Shown here: positions 42,737 through 53,113 of the stretch, in pieces
Layout of the letters: the number at the start of each line of letters is the position of its first letter
Numbering within the stretch: the stretch's first letter is position 1
Source: an uncultured Candidatus Rokubacteria bacterium
Lineage (GTDB): Bacteria; Methylomirabilota; Methylomirabilia; Rokubacteriales; CSP1-6
Direction of reading: 5' to 3'
Assembly (NCBI GenBank): GCA_963789955.1
Contig: CAWBMV010000034.1
Location: 288,001 to 352,000 of the forward strand
DNA: 64,000 nucleotides
The notes under the pieces: model-generated
Seen by the model: the letters and a program-made list of their open reading frames with translations, nothing else
Database searches by the model: none
Told to the model about the DNA's origin: nothing
Position numbers and translations under genes: made by a program

Positions 42737-44710
42737 TCAGAGCGACGCGATCAGGCGAGCGAGCTCGGGATACTCCTGCCGTACCGCGGCCGCGTCCTCT
42801 TTGAGGAGCCGCAGCGCTTCGGGGACGTGTTTCAGGAAGTATTTCTTGCCCTTCACGACCGAGAGAAATCCGTAGGCGCCCAGGGCCTGCATGTGGCGCT
42901 GGAGCCGGCACGCGACCAGGCTGTCCCGGAACGCCCGCTCGTCGAACGTCCGCTCCTGATCGGCCTTCATCTCGTCCAGGTAGTAGGCGAGTAGCCGCTC
43001 GCGCATCCCGTCGTCCAGCCGATAGTACGGATCCCAGAGCACCGACGCGATGTCGTACGCGGGCGGCGCCAGCCGTGCGCCCTGATAGTCGATGATGCGA
43101 GGCCCGCCGGCGTGGACCATGATGTTCTGGCACTGGAAATCGCGGTGGATGACGACCTTCGGCTTGGCGAAGACGGATTGAGCCAGACGATGGAGCGCCT
43201 CGTCGACCGCCGGGCGGCGCTCGATCGGGAGCTTCGCGAGTCCGGTGACGAAGCGATCGAGGAAGTACGTCGTCTCCCACCGGAGGTAGTCGTAGTCGAA
43301 GATCCGCGCTTCCAGGAGCGGGCACTCGCTGACGTGCGCCGTGGCCGTCGTGTGCAAGGTCACGAGGCTCCGGAGCACGTCCCGGTACATGCTCTCGACG
43401 CTCTCGTGATCGCGCGGAAGCTTCAGATACGCGTAGAGCGACGTGTCGCCGAGGTCCTCGAACAGCGCGCGCTTGTTCTCGCCGTCCTCCGTGAGGAGCG
43501 CGGGCACCGGGACCGTGTGCCGAGCGAAGAAGCGCGTGTACGCGAGATGCCGCTCGAAGTCCGGGTCCTCCGGCCGGCATTCCATCAAAATCGCCGTCCA
43601 GTGGTCGTGACGCACGCGGTAGTACCGCCGGTCGGACCCGCCGAGCCCGACGAGAATCGCGTCGGACCACGCGGATGCCGCGGGCGCCGGGCCGCGTCCG
43701 ACGCCGGGCCGCGTCCTGAAGTGCCGCGCGAACAGCGGATCGCTCAGCGACACCCGTTTCTTGTCGGCGGCGTGAATCGACGGCTGCATGTCGGCTTCGG
43801 AGAGGGAGATCTCGTAGTCGGGTCCGACGATCGAGTTCTCGTGATCGCCCGTGGCATCGGCGCCCGGCATCAGGATGCAGTTCCTGACGCGCGCGCCGTC
43901 ACGGATCTGGCTGCCGGACTCGAGCACGACGTAGCCGTCGATCTCGACCTTGCCGCAGCGTGCGCTCGGCGCGAGATAGACGGTCTCGCCGCTCTCCCGC
44001 AGCGCGTCGAGCACACCACGCGCGTAGGTGGCGGGGTCTCCCACGTCGTTCCAGTAGGCGCCGGTGACGTCCATCGCCCGGACCTTGAGCCCGGCTTTCG
44101 AAGCCGCGACCCAGGCGACCGTGGCATGCGAGACGCCGGCGGGAAGAAACCGGAGAATCTCCGGCGAATAGACCGCGATGCCGGTGTAGGCGACCTTGTC
44201 CGCGATGTGGGAGGGATCCGGACGCGAGGCTCCCGGATTCTCGACGTCCAGCACCTGACCGTGCGCGTCGATGACCACGTTGCTCAGACGGGGCACCCGA
44301 TGACAGACGAGCGTCGCGGTATTGCCCGATGCGAGGTGCTCCTCGACCAGCCGGGCGAAATCGATATCGAGGAGGATGTCGGAGTTGTGGACGATGAACG
44401 GACGGCGCGCCAGCATCGACTCCGCGTTCTTGAGCGCGCCGCCGGTTCCGAGGATGGGATCCTCGGGGAAGAAGACGATGCGGTCGCTCCAGGGCGACGC
44501 CGCGGCCCAGGCACGGAGGAGATCGGCCTTCCAGTGCAGGTTGATCCCGATCTTTCCGTCGCACACCGGGGCGAGCCTGTTCAGGATGCGCTCGATGATC
44601 GGCGTTCCGAGGATCGGCAAGAGTGGCTTGGGCAGGTGACTCGTGGCGGGTCGGAGCCGCTCGCCGAATCCCGCCGCCGGAAGGAAGACGTCGAGGGGAT
44701 ACTCGGGCAT
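42737..44710 (-). CDS. Fused nucleotidyltransferase (MurU-like) and APH-family sugar kinase (AmgK-like)
   Basis: N-terminal AAGFGERLRP..PKPL, GTGG and NSD; C-terminal GSDRRYYR, EDLGD, HRDFQ..N, IDYQGA and QRHMQALG. Confidence 0.8.
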   Translation of the reverse strand: MPEYPLDVFLPAAGFGERLRPATSHLPKPLLPILGTPIIERILNRLAPVCDGKIGINLHWKADLLRAWAAASPWSDRIVFFPEDPILGTGGALKNAESMLARRPFIVHNSDILLDIDFARLVEEHLASGNTATLVCHRVPRLSNVVIDAHGQVLDVENPGASRPDPSHIADKVAYTGIAVYSPEILRFLPAGVSHATVAWVAASKAGLKVRAMDVTGAYWNDVGDPATYARGVLDALRESGETVYLAPSARCGKVEIDGYVVLESGSQIRDGARVRNCILMPGADATGDHENSIVGPDYEISLSEADMQPSIHAADKKRVSLSDPLFARHFRTRPGVGRGPAPAASAWSDAILVGLGGSDRRYYRVRHDHWTAILMECRPEDPDFERHLAYTRFFARHTVPVPALLTEDGENKRALFEDLGDTSLYAYLKLPRDHESVESMYRDVLRSLVTLHTTATAHVSECPLLEARIFDYDYLRWETTYFLDRFVTGLAKLPIERRPAVDEALHRLAQSVFAKPKVVIHRDFQCQNIMVHAGGPRIIDYQGARLAPPAYDIASVLWDPYYRLDDGMRERLLAYYLDEMKADQERTFDERAFRDSLVACRLQRHMQALGAYGFLSVVKGKKYFLKHVPEALRLLKEDAAAVRQEYPELARLIASL

Positions 44711-44773
44711 CCTCACGAGCTTATCGCTCGGCGTCGCTCGGAGCACCATGAAACCGGACCGTCACGACGCGGA

Positions 44774-44811
44774 GCCGCGAGGGACCGCTCGACGCGTCGG
44801 CCCCTCGCGGC
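44774..44811. other. GC-rich intergenic stem-loop
   Basis: GCCGCGAGGG/CCCTCGCGGC 10-bp stem downstream of the hydrolase gene. Confidence 0.5.
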
Positions 44812-44828
44812 GCGCGCAGGCGGGGCGG

Positions 44829-45503
44829 CTACTTCACGTTCTGGCGAAAGAACCCAAGGGTGCGCTTCCAGGCGTCGGCGGCGGCGGCCTTGTTGTAGAC
44901 GTCCGGTCGGTCGTCGTTGAAGAATCCGTGGTCCACACCCGGGTAGATGTTGATCTCGGACTGCTTGCCGGCCTTCTTGATGGCCGCGTCGGTGTCCTTG
45001 GCGACCTGAGGGGTCACGAACCCGTCCTTTTCCGCGAAGAGGCCGAGCACCGGCCCGGTCAGCTTCGTGTAGTCGGGCTTCACGTTCGGATGGATCCCGT
45101 AGAAATTGACGCACGCGGACACCGACGGGTTGAGCGTGGCGGCGTAGAGCGCCAGCTGGCCGCCCATGCAGAAGCCCACGGCGCCGATCTTCTTCGTCGA
45201 GGACTGTCCCAGGAGGTAGGTCGCCGCGCCTCGGAGGTCACGCTCGGCCTGCGCGATGTTGAGCGCCATGAAGAGCTTGCCGGCGCCGTCCGGCTCGGTG
45301 GCGGTCTTGCCGTGGTACATGTCGGGCGCGAGCGCCGTGAATCCTTCCGCGGCGAATCGGTCGCACACGCTCTTGATGTGACCGACGAGCCCCCACCACT
45401 CCTGGAGCACCAGCACGCCCGGTCCCTTGCCGGCGGCGGGCGTCGCCAGGTATCCGGCGGTCTTGCTGCCGTTCGACGCGAACTCGATCATGCTTCCAGC
45501 CAT
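44829..45503 (-). CDS. Dienelactone hydrolase family protein
   Basis: QEWWGL, nucleophile elbow GFCMGG, YPGVDHGFFN. Confidence 0.93.
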   Translation of the reverse strand: MAGSMIEFASNGSKTAGYLATPAAGKGPGVLVLQEWWGLVGHIKSVCDRFAAEGFTALAPDMYHGKTATEPDGAGKLFMALNIAQAERDLRGAATYLLGQSSTKKIGAVGFCMGGQLALYAATLNPSVSACVNFYGIHPNVKPDYTKLTGPVLGLFAEKDGFVTPQVAKDTDAAIKKAGKQSEINIYPGVDHGFFNDDRPDVYNKAAAADAWKRTLGFFRQNVK

Positions 45504-45514
45504 GGGCAATCTCC

Positions 45515-46780
45515 TTATGAGCTGCTGGTGCCGGGAACCGGCAGGTTGATGGCGGAGACCGGAGCGATCTTCACCGAGATGACGCGCCGGGCGTCGGACT
45601 CGAGGACGGTGATCGAGTAACCCGCGATCTGAAACTCTTCGCCGGCTCGCGGGATCCGGTGCAGGGTCGCCAGCACGAGCCCGGCGACCGTCTCGTAATC
45701 GCGCTTGGGCAGGCTCCAGTCGAGCGCCTCGTTGAGCTCGTCGATGTTCGCACGCGCGGCGACCCGGTAGCTCCCGTCGGGCAGGCGCTCGGCCGGCGCC
45801 GCCGCGCGCTCGTGCTCGTCGTGGATGTCGCCCACGATCTGCTCGAGGATGTCCTCGAGCGTCACGACGCCGGTCGACCCGCCGTATTCGTCGACGACGA
45901 CCGCCATGTGCGTGCGATTGCGCTGCATCTCGCGGAGCAAATCGTCGATGCGCTTGGTTTCGGGCACATAGTACGGCGGGCGCTTGAGCTCGTCCAGGGT
46001 CCGGACGGCGGCGCCGCGGCTCAGGATGTCCTTCGCGCCGACCACGCCCACGATATTGGTCTCGCGCTGCCGGAAGATCGGCACCCGCGAGAAGCCCCGG
46101 TCCATGATGAACGCGACCGCGTCGCGCGGTGTGGCCGTGTCGGCGAGCATGGCGACCTCGACCAGCGGCACCATGACCTCGCGCACCGTCGTGTCGCCCA
46201 GGTCGAAGATCTTGTCGATCAGCTGGGCCTCGATCGTCGTCACGTCGGCCTCGCCGGGCTCGAGCTGGAGCAGCGCCTTCAGCTCCTCGCGCGAGACGAA
46301 GGCGCGCATGTCGGCCTGCTGGCCGCCGAACATCCTCAAGATCGCGCCGACGACGACGTTCGCGAACAACACGAACGGCACGAGCAAGACGGCCGCCCAG
46401 GTCAACGGCCGGTACAAGCGCAGAATCAGGCTGGTCGCCCATTCGCGCGCGACCGCTTTCGGAATGATCTCACCGACGACGAGCATCACCGGCGTCAACA
46501 AGATCGTCACCACGATCGGCGCCATCCCGCCGAGCACCGGCAGGAGGAGCCACGTCACCGCCGAGGCGGCGACGATGTGGCAGATCGTCACGCCGATCAT
46601 CGCGGTCGACAGCACGCGCTCGGGCTGGCGAAACGCCTCGAGGTAGCTCTGGGCCGTGCCGTTGCCTTCCTCGGCGAGATACCGGAGGCGGAGGCGATTG
46701 GCGGCGATGAAGGCCATCTCGGCCGCCGAGAAGAACATCGTGAAGATCAGGCACACGACGGCCAGCCAGATCAGGCTCAC
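45515..46780 (-). CDS. CNNM/CorC (DUF21-CBS-CorC) hemolysin-family membrane protein
   Basis: [47 protein letters not shown]. Confidence 0.92.
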   Translation of the reverse strand: MSLIWLAVVCLIFTMFFSAAEMAFIAANRLRLRYLAEEGNGTAQSYLEAFRQPERVLSTAMIGVTICHIVAASAVTWLLLPVLGGMAPIVVTILLTPVMLVVGEIIPKAVAREWATSLILRLYRPLTWAAVLLVPFVLFANVVVGAILRMFGGQQADMRAFVSREELKALLQLEPGEADVTTIEAQLIDKIFDLGDTTVREVMVPLVEVAMLADTATPRDAVAFIMDRGFSRVPIFRQRETNIVGVVGAKDILSRGAAVRTLDELKRPPYYVPETKRIDDLLREMQRNRTHMAVVVDEYGGSTGVVTLEDILEQIVGDIHDEHERAAAPAERLPDGSYRVAARANIDELNEALDWSLPKRDYETVAGLVLATLHRIPRAGEEFQIAGYSITVLESDARRVISVKIAPVSAINLPVPGTSSS

Positions 46781-48054
46781 GCCGCCGCCTCCTTCGCGGG
46801 CTTCTTGAGCGACACCAGCACCTCGACGATGCGCGTGCGCTCCACCTTTTCGACCGTCAGCTGGAGCTCGGCGGTCTCGGCGCGCTCGGCCCGGCGCGGG
46901 ACGCGCCCGAAGAGGTCGAGGACCCAGCCGCCCACCGTGTCGTAGCCCTCGTTGGAGATCTTGAGCCCGGTCGCGGCGTTCAGCTGCTCGATCGGCAGCT
47001 TACCGGCCACCCGATACGTCGTCGCGTCCACTCGCTGGATCAGCCGCTCGGGCTCGTCGTACTCGTCGGCGATCTCGCCCACGAGCTCCTCGAGCAGGTC
47101 TTCGAGCGTGACCAGGCCGGCGGTGCCGCCGTACTCGTCGACGACGATCGCCATCTGCACGCGCTTGGCCTGAAACTCCTGGAGCAGCGCGTCGGCACGC
47201 TTGGACTCCGGAACGAAATACGGTGGATGCAGGTGCGCGCGCAGATCGAAATCCGGCGGCAGGCCCTCCATGAACGGAAGGAGGTCCTTGGCATAGAGGA
47301 TTCCCACGATGACGTCGATCGCGCCCTCGTACACGGGGACCCGCGAGTGCAGATGCTCCCGGAGCGCCGGCAGAATCTCGGCCGTCGGCGTCTCGACGTC
47401 GAGGCACACCATATCTGTGCGCGGCACCATGACCGAACGAACCAGGGTGTCCTCGAGCTCGAACACCTTGTGGATCATCTCGCGCTCTTCGCGCTCCACC
47501 ACACCCTCGCTGGCGCCCACGTCGACGAGGGTCCGCAGCTCCTCCTCGCTGAGCGTGGCTTGCTCGGTGCGGCCGCGGCTGACGATTCGCACCATCAGCG
47601 CGGTCAGGCCCGTCAGGGTCGCCCGGGCCGGCGCCAGGAGCACACCGAGCCAGGCCACCGGAGGGCCGGCGATGGCGAGAAACCGCTCGGGATATTTGAC
47701 CGCCAGGGTCATCGGCAAGACTTCACCGAAGGTCGTGAGGACGAACACCAGCACGATGATCTCGACGAAAAGGCCCACGGTCGGGCCGAAGATGCTGTCG
47801 GCGATCGTCGCGGCCAGCGCGGCGGCCCCGATGTTGATCACGGTGATGCCGACCAGCAGGGTCACGAGCAGCTCGTGCGGGCGCTCGATGAGAGGCTTCG
47901 GCTCGCCCACGGGCTCGTCTTCGTCCTTCGGGGCGACGTGCTTGAGCCGGGCGCGGCCGAGCGAGAAGTAGGCGGCCTCGGCGCCGGTGAGGATCGCCGA
48001 GCAGACGATCAGCACGCAGAGCGCGAAGAACTTGAGACCGAAGCCCTCAGGCAC
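46777..48054 (-). CDS. CNNM/CorC (DUF21-CBS-CorC) hemolysin-family membrane protein, second paralogue
   Basis: [45 protein letters not shown]. Confidence 0.92.
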   Translation of the reverse strand: MPEGFGLKFFALCVLIVCSAILTGAEAAYFSLGRARLKHVAPKDEDEPVGEPKPLIERPHELLVTLLVGITVINIGAAALAATIADSIFGPTVGLFVEIIVLVFVLTTFGEVLPMTLAVKYPERFLAIAGPPVAWLGVLLAPARATLTGLTALMVRIVSRGRTEQATLSEEELRTLVDVGASEGVVEREEREMIHKVFELEDTLVRSVMVPRTDMVCLDVETPTAEILPALREHLHSRVPVYEGAIDVIVGILYAKDLLPFMEGLPPDFDLRAHLHPPYFVPESKRADALLQEFQAKRVQMAIVVDEYGGTAGLVTLEDLLEELVGEIADEYDEPERLIQRVDATTYRVAGKLPIEQLNAATGLKISNEGYDTVGGWVLDLFGRVPRRAERAETAELQLTVEKVERTRIVEVLVSLKKPAKEAAA

Positions 48055-49075
48055 GGGCGTGTCCCGTCACGAAGTGCTCGAACCCGGGCCGGACGGGCAC
48101 GGCGCGTCCCGCCGCATCGAGATACCGGATGCCCTCGGCGCCGCTCGTCATGTGACCCACCGCGGTGAGCTTCGTCCCGGTCGCGCGCGCGAGGCCGCCG
48201 GCCAGGCGATCGAACGCGTCGGGCGAGGTGGTGAGGAGAAGCTCGTAGTCTTCTCCTCCCCCGGTGGCCCAGGCCAGCGCGTCACGATCGAGCGCTCGCG
48301 CCACGACGTACACCGACGGCTCCAGCGGAACCCGTCCGAGATCGACCCGTGCTCCGGTCCCGCTCTCCTCGCACAGATGGCCGAGGTCGGTGGCCAGGCC
48401 GTCCGAGAGATCCATCATCGAGGTGACTCCGCCGGCCTCGGATAGCCATTGCCCCTCGCGCGTCCGCGGGCGCGGCCGCAGGTGTGCGGCGGTCACGTCG
48501 GCGCGCGCCTCGCCCGCGATACCGGCGGGCGCGGGAGTGGCCTCCAGGAGTGCCAGGCCGGCCGCGGAGCGCCCGAGCGAACCGGTGACCGCGATGACGT
48601 CTCCGACGCGCGCGGTCGACCTGAGGAGGGGGGCGTGCACGGCCTCACCGAGCAAGGTCACGTTGATGATCCAGCCCCCGGGAGACGCCGACGTGTCCCC
48701 ACCGACGATCGCGACGTCGTGCTCGGTTGCGATGGCCTGGACGCCCGAATAGAACGCCTCCGCGTCGTCGACGGTCACCGTCTCCGGGCAGGCCAGCGCG
48801 ATCAGGCCCCACCGCGGGCGTCCGCCCATCGCCGCGATGTCCGAGAGGTTCACCGCGAGCGATTTCCAGCCGATGTCCATGGGCGTGGCCCAGCGGCGGC
48901 GGAAGTGCACGTCCTCGATCAGCAGATCGGTGGTGGCCAGCAAGAGGCTCCCCGCGGCCGGTTCCAGCACCGCGCAGTCGTCACCGATTCCCACCCGGAC
49001 CGCTGGCGCCCGCCCGGCCGCCCGCCGGATGATCTCGATCAGGCGTCGCTCGGTCGCTGCTCCGGGCTCACTCAT
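48047..49075 (-). CDS. thiL: Thiamine-monophosphate kinase
   Basis: [35 protein letters not shown]. Confidence 0.95.
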   Translation of the reverse strand: MSEPGAATERRLIEIIRRAAGRAPAVRVGIGDDCAVLEPAAGSLLLATTDLLIEDVHFRRRWATPMDIGWKSLAVNLSDIAAMGGRPRWGLIALACPETVTVDDAEAFYSGVQAIATEHDVAIVGGDTSASPGGWIINVTLLGEAVHAPLLRSTARVGDVIAVTGSLGRSAAGLALLEATPAPAGIAGEARADVTAAHLRPRPRTREGQWLSEAGGVTSMMDLSDGLATDLGHLCEESGTGARVDLGRVPLEPSVYVVARALDRDALAWATGGGEDYELLLTTSPDAFDRLAGGLARATGTKLTAVGHMTSGAEGIRYLDAAGRAVPVRPGFEHFVTGHARA

Positions 49076-49636
49076 CCGGAGAGGAAATTCCTCAGAAGCT
49101 GCTTTCCCTCGATCGTCAGGATCGACTCGGGATGGAATTGGACGCCCTCGACCGGGTCGCGCCGATGGCGAAGGCCCATGATCTCGCCGTCCTCGGCCCA
49201 TGCCGTCACTTCCAGCGCGTCGGGTACCGTGTCGCGGATGACCGCGAGCGAGTGATAGCGCGTGGCGACGAAGGGGTTGCCGAGACCGGCGAAGACGCCG
49301 CGCCCGTCGTGACGGATCGCCGAGGTCTTGCCGTGCATCTGCGTCTTCGCGCGCGAGACCGTGGCGCCGTACGCCTGCCCGATCGACTGGTGACCGAGGC
49401 AGACGCCGAGAATCGGCGTCGTCGGCACCGAGCCGGCGGATGACCTCGAGCGACACGCCCGCCTGATCGGGGTTGCCGGGGCCGGGGGAGATCACCACCC
49501 GCTCCGGCTTCTTGGCGACGATCTCGTCGCAGCTGAGCGCATCGTTGCGGACGACTTCGAGCGTCGCGCCGAGCTCGCCCAGATACTGGACGAGGTTGTA
49601 CGTGAAGGAGTCGTAGTTGTCGATGACGAGGATCAT
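49072..49636 (-). CDS. trpG: Anthranilate synthase component II (glutamine amidotransferase; frameshift near 49430)
   Basis: [37 protein letters not shown]. Confidence 0.88.
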
Positions 49637-51145
49637 CGTTCGGTCCCCGCCGCCAGCCGGAGCGCCAGGATCATCCCGCGTGCCTTGGAGCAGGTCTCGA
49701 GCCACTCGGTCTTCGGGTCCGAGTCGGCGACGATGCCGGCGCCCACCTGCACGGAGGCGCGCCGGCCGTGGCACACGATGGTGCGGATGGTGATGCAGGA
49801 GTCGAGGTTACCCGAGTAGGACACGTAACCGACGGCGCCGCCGTAGGGCCCCCGCTGAGTCGGCTCCAGATGGTCGATGATCTCCATCGCGCGGATCTTC
49901 GGTGCACCGCTCAAGGTGCCGGCCGGGAAGGAGGCCTGGAGCACGTCGAGCGCGTCGCTTCCGGACTTGAGCTTGCCGGTCACGTGACTCACCAGGTGCA
50001 TCACATGGGAGTAGCGCTCGATCTCCATGAACTCGGTGACCTTGACCGAGCCGAGCTCGGAGACACGGCCGACGTCGTTCCGCCCGAGGTCGACCAGCAT
50101 GACGTGCTCGGCGCGCTCCTTGGGATCGTTCTTCAGCCGCTCCTCGATCTCGCGGTCCTCGGTTTCGGTGGCGCCGCGCGGGTGTGTGCCGGCGATCGGT
50201 CTCAGATCGACCCGATCGCCCTCGACCCGCACCAGGACCTCGGGGGACGAGCCCACGATGGACATCGGGCCCAGCCGCAAGAGGAAGAGGTACGGGGACG
50301 GGTTGATCGTTCGGAGCGCGCGATAGACCGTGAACGGATCGGCGGTGAGGCGGCAGTCCAAGCGTCGCGAGAGCACGATCTGGTAGGCGTCGCCGGCCGC
50401 GATGAACTCCTTCGCCTTGTGCACGGCGTCGACGAACTGCGACTCGTTCATGGTCGAGGTGAACCCTGCCTCGCCCTCGGCCAGGAGCGGTGCGGCCGCC
50501 GGGAGTGAGAACGTCGCCGGCGCCCTCGCCGGCCGCGCGAGCTTGGCGAGCGTCATTCCGATGCGAACCGCGGCGCGATCGTAGGCTCGGTCCAGGGCCG
50601 CGGGGTCGTGCCGCTCGATCACCGCGTTGGCGATGACGAGCAGCCGGTGACGAAGGTTATCGAAGACGAGCAAGGTATCGGTGAAAAGGAACACCGCGTC
50701 CGGCAGGTCGAGGTCGTCTTCGGTGGTGCGCGGCAGCCGCTCCATGTGGTGAACCATGTCGTACGCGAGAAACCCGACCGCGCCGCCCTGGAATCTCGGC
50801 AGCCCCGGGTACCGACACGGGCTGGAACTGCTTGAGAAGCTCGCGGACGGCGGCGAGCGGATTACCTTCCGGCAACCGCTCGGTCCGGCCGTCGCGGCTG
50901 AGTGTGAGCCGGCCGTTCTTCGCGGTGAGGACCATCAACGGATCCGCGCCGAGGAACGAATAACGCGCCCAGACCGAACCGCCCTCGACGGATTCGAGCA
51001 GGAACGAGTACGGGCCGGGCCGCAGACGGAGATAGGCCGAGAGCGGCGTGTCGAGATCGGCTGGGAGCTCGGCAAACACGGGCACAAGATTCCCGTGTGC
51101 CGCGAGAGCCCGAAACTCCTCACGGCTCGGAGAAAGGGACGGGAT
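49633..51145 (-). CDS. trpE: Anthranilate synthase component I (frameshift near 50800; start uncertain)
   Basis: [40 protein letters not shown]. Confidence 0.85.
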
Positions 51146-51187
51146 GCCTACGCCGGCGGTACTGATGCAGACCCCGTTGGGGGCGCG

Positions 51188-51517
51188 CTACGCGAGGGCG
51201 TCCAGCTTTGCTTGGAGCTTGGCCTTGGGTACCGCGCCGATCACCTGATCGGAGACCTTGCCCTGCTTCACGAGCAGGATGGTCGGGATCGAGCGGATCC
51301 CGTATCGCGCCGCAAGCCCGGGGTTCTCGTCGACGTTGACCTTGGCGAGCGTGATCTTGCCCGCGGACTCCTTCGCCAGGTCCTCCAGAACCGGCGCGAT
51401 CGCGTGGCACGGGCCGCACCACTCAGCCCAGAAGTCCACCATCATGATTCCGGTTTCACGGCTGATCGCCGCGTCGAAATTATCTTCGGTCAGGTGGACG
51501 GTCTCGGGGTTGGCCAT
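51188..51517 (-). CDS. trxA: Thioredoxin
   Basis: VDFWAEWCGPC, IRSIPT; GAGGAG RBS upstream of the ATG at 51517. Confidence 0.95.
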   Translation of the reverse strand: MANPETVHLTEDNFDAAISRETGIMMVDFWAEWCGPCHAIAPVLEDLAKESAGKITLAKVNVDENPGLAARYGIRSIPTILLVKQGKVSDQVIGAVPKAKLQAKLDALA

Positions 51518-51549
51518 GTGCCGGTCTCCTCGGTAAAAAGTCAACGTCT

Positions 51550-51578
51550 ACGCTAACATGGCGACCCCGCTCACGCAA
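51550..51578 (-). promoter_or_regulatory. Putative sigma70 promoter of the trxA-trpE operon
   Basis: TTGCGT-N17-TAGCGT with a TG extended -10 on the minus strand. Confidence 0.5.
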
Positions 51579-51651
51579 GCCGCCCGTTGCCGGAAACCTT
51601 TATATAGCTTGTCAGTTTGACATGTTGACCATGCTAGAGTCGGTTAAGGCC

Positions 51652-53004
51652 ATGGAAGTCGCCAAGATCCTCGTCGTCGACGACGAACCCTCGATCCTGA
51701 AACTCCTGAAGGAAGCCCTTACGCAGTGGGGCTACCAGGTCGGATGCGTCGGCACCGGAACTGAGGCGCTCGAAGCGATCCGCACCGAGTTGTACGACGC
51801 CGCGATCACCGATATCCGGATGCCGGAGATGAGCGGCCTCGATCTGCTGCGCGAGATCAAGCGCCACGATGAATCCATCGAGGTCATCGTGATGACGGGC
51901 TACCCGACGATCGCCTCCGCCGTCGAAGCTCTCAAGGAAGGCGCGTACGACTACCTGTCCAAGCCGCTGATCCTCGACGAGCTGCGCCATCTGATGGCGC
52001 GGGTGACGGAGCGGCGATTCCTGAAGGGCGAGGTGCAGTCGCTCCGCACGCGTCTGGGCGAAGAGCTCACCGTGAACGAGCTCGTCGGCAACGCGCCTCC
52101 GATGCAGCGGGTGAAGGAGATCATCAGCAAGGTCGCCACGACGGACTCGCCGGTCCTCATCGAGGGCGAGAGCGGAACCGGCAAAGAGCTGGTGGCCGCC
52201 GCGATTCATCGGCTCTCCGGTCGCGCCAAGGGCCCCTTCATCCCGGTGAACTGCAGCGCCATCCCGGAGGACCTGCTCGAGTCGGAGTTCTTCGGTCACG
52301 TCCGCGGGGCCTTCTCGGGCGCCGTCTCCGACGCGCTCGGCCTCTTCCGCGGCGCCAACGAGGGCACGATCTTCCTGGACGAGATCGCCGAGCTGTCTCC
52401 CGGTCTGCAGGTGAAGCTGCTGCGCGTGCTGCAGGAGATGCAGGTGCGGCCGGTCGGCTCGACGAAGGCGCATCCGGTGGACGTGCGCGTCATCGCGGCG
52501 ACGAACCGGGATCTCGATCGTTCGATCGCCGACGGTCGATTCCGCCAGGACCTCTACTACCGGCTGAACGTCGTTCGGGTGAGCCTGCCGCAGCTGCGGA
52601 CCCGTCGCGAGGACATCCCGGCCCTCGTCAACCACTTCCTCCGCCGTTACAACCGACGGTTCAGGCGGGACGTGAAGGGCATCACCCAGGACGCCCTGGC
52701 CGCGCTCGCCGCCTACGATTTCCCGGGTAACGTGCGTGAGCTCGAGAACGTCATCGAGCGGGCTTTCGCAATGGGGGCTCGAGAGCAGATCACCTTGACC
52801 GACTTGCCGGTCCTCGGCACGGCCTCGGTGCCGGCGGTCGCCGCTCCGGCCAGTGGGTCGGTACCCCGACTGGCTGACGTCGAGAAGGACCTGATCTTGA
52901 GAGCCCTGTCCTTCTACAAGGACGACAAGGAGGCGGCTGCGAGCGCGCTGGGGATCTCCAGAAGGACGATTTACCGTCGGCTGAAGGAGTACGGGATGCT
53001 CTAA
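51652..53004 (+). CDS. Sigma54-dependent response regulator (REC-AAA+-Fis HTH, NtrC/AtoC family)
   Basis: ILVVDDE, DIRMP, GESGTGKE, GAFSGA, FLDEI, RQDLYYRL, PGNVREL, C-terminal HTH; start could be 51622 or 51631. Confidence 0.93.
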   Translation: MEVAKILVVDDEPSILKLLKEALTQWGYQVGCVGTGTEALEAIRTELYDAAITDIRMPEMSGLDLLREIKRHDESIEVIVMTGYPTIASAVEALKEGAYDYLSKPLILDELRHLMARVTERRFLKGEVQSLRTRLGEELTVNELVGNAPPMQRVKEIISKVATTDSPVLIEGESGTGKELVAAAIHRLSGRAKGPFIPVNCSAIPEDLLESEFFGHVRGAFSGAVSDALGLFRGANEGTIFLDEIAELSPGLQVKLLRVLQEMQVRPVGSTKAHPVDVRVIAATNRDLDRSIADGRFRQDLYYRLNVVRVSLPQLRTRREDIPALVNHFLRRYNRRFRRDVKGITQDALAALAAYDFPGNVRELENVIERAFAMGAREQITLTDLPVLGTASVPAVAAPASGSVPRLADVEKDLILRALSFYKDDKEAAASALGISRRTIYRRLKEYGML

Positions 53005-53084
53005 ATAGCACACCTGTTGCCGAACTGACACCTCTCCGTGTCTGTCGTCGAAGAAAGTCCCTGATCTTCAAGCCCCTTCCGGAT

Positions 53085-53100
53085 TGGCACCCCTGCTGCA
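53085..53100 (+). promoter_or_regulatory. Sigma54 (-24/-12) promoter of the FIST gene
   Basis: TGGCAC-CCCTG-CTGCA with GG-N10-GC spacing. Confidence 0.7.
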
Positions 53101-53113
53101 GATGCTTCGAGCC

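Noticed and set aside
48047..49774. Apparent TrpG-ThiL fusion (575 aa)
   Set aside because: Caused by the frameshift near 49430; the TrpG C-terminus is in another frame with its own stop at 49072.
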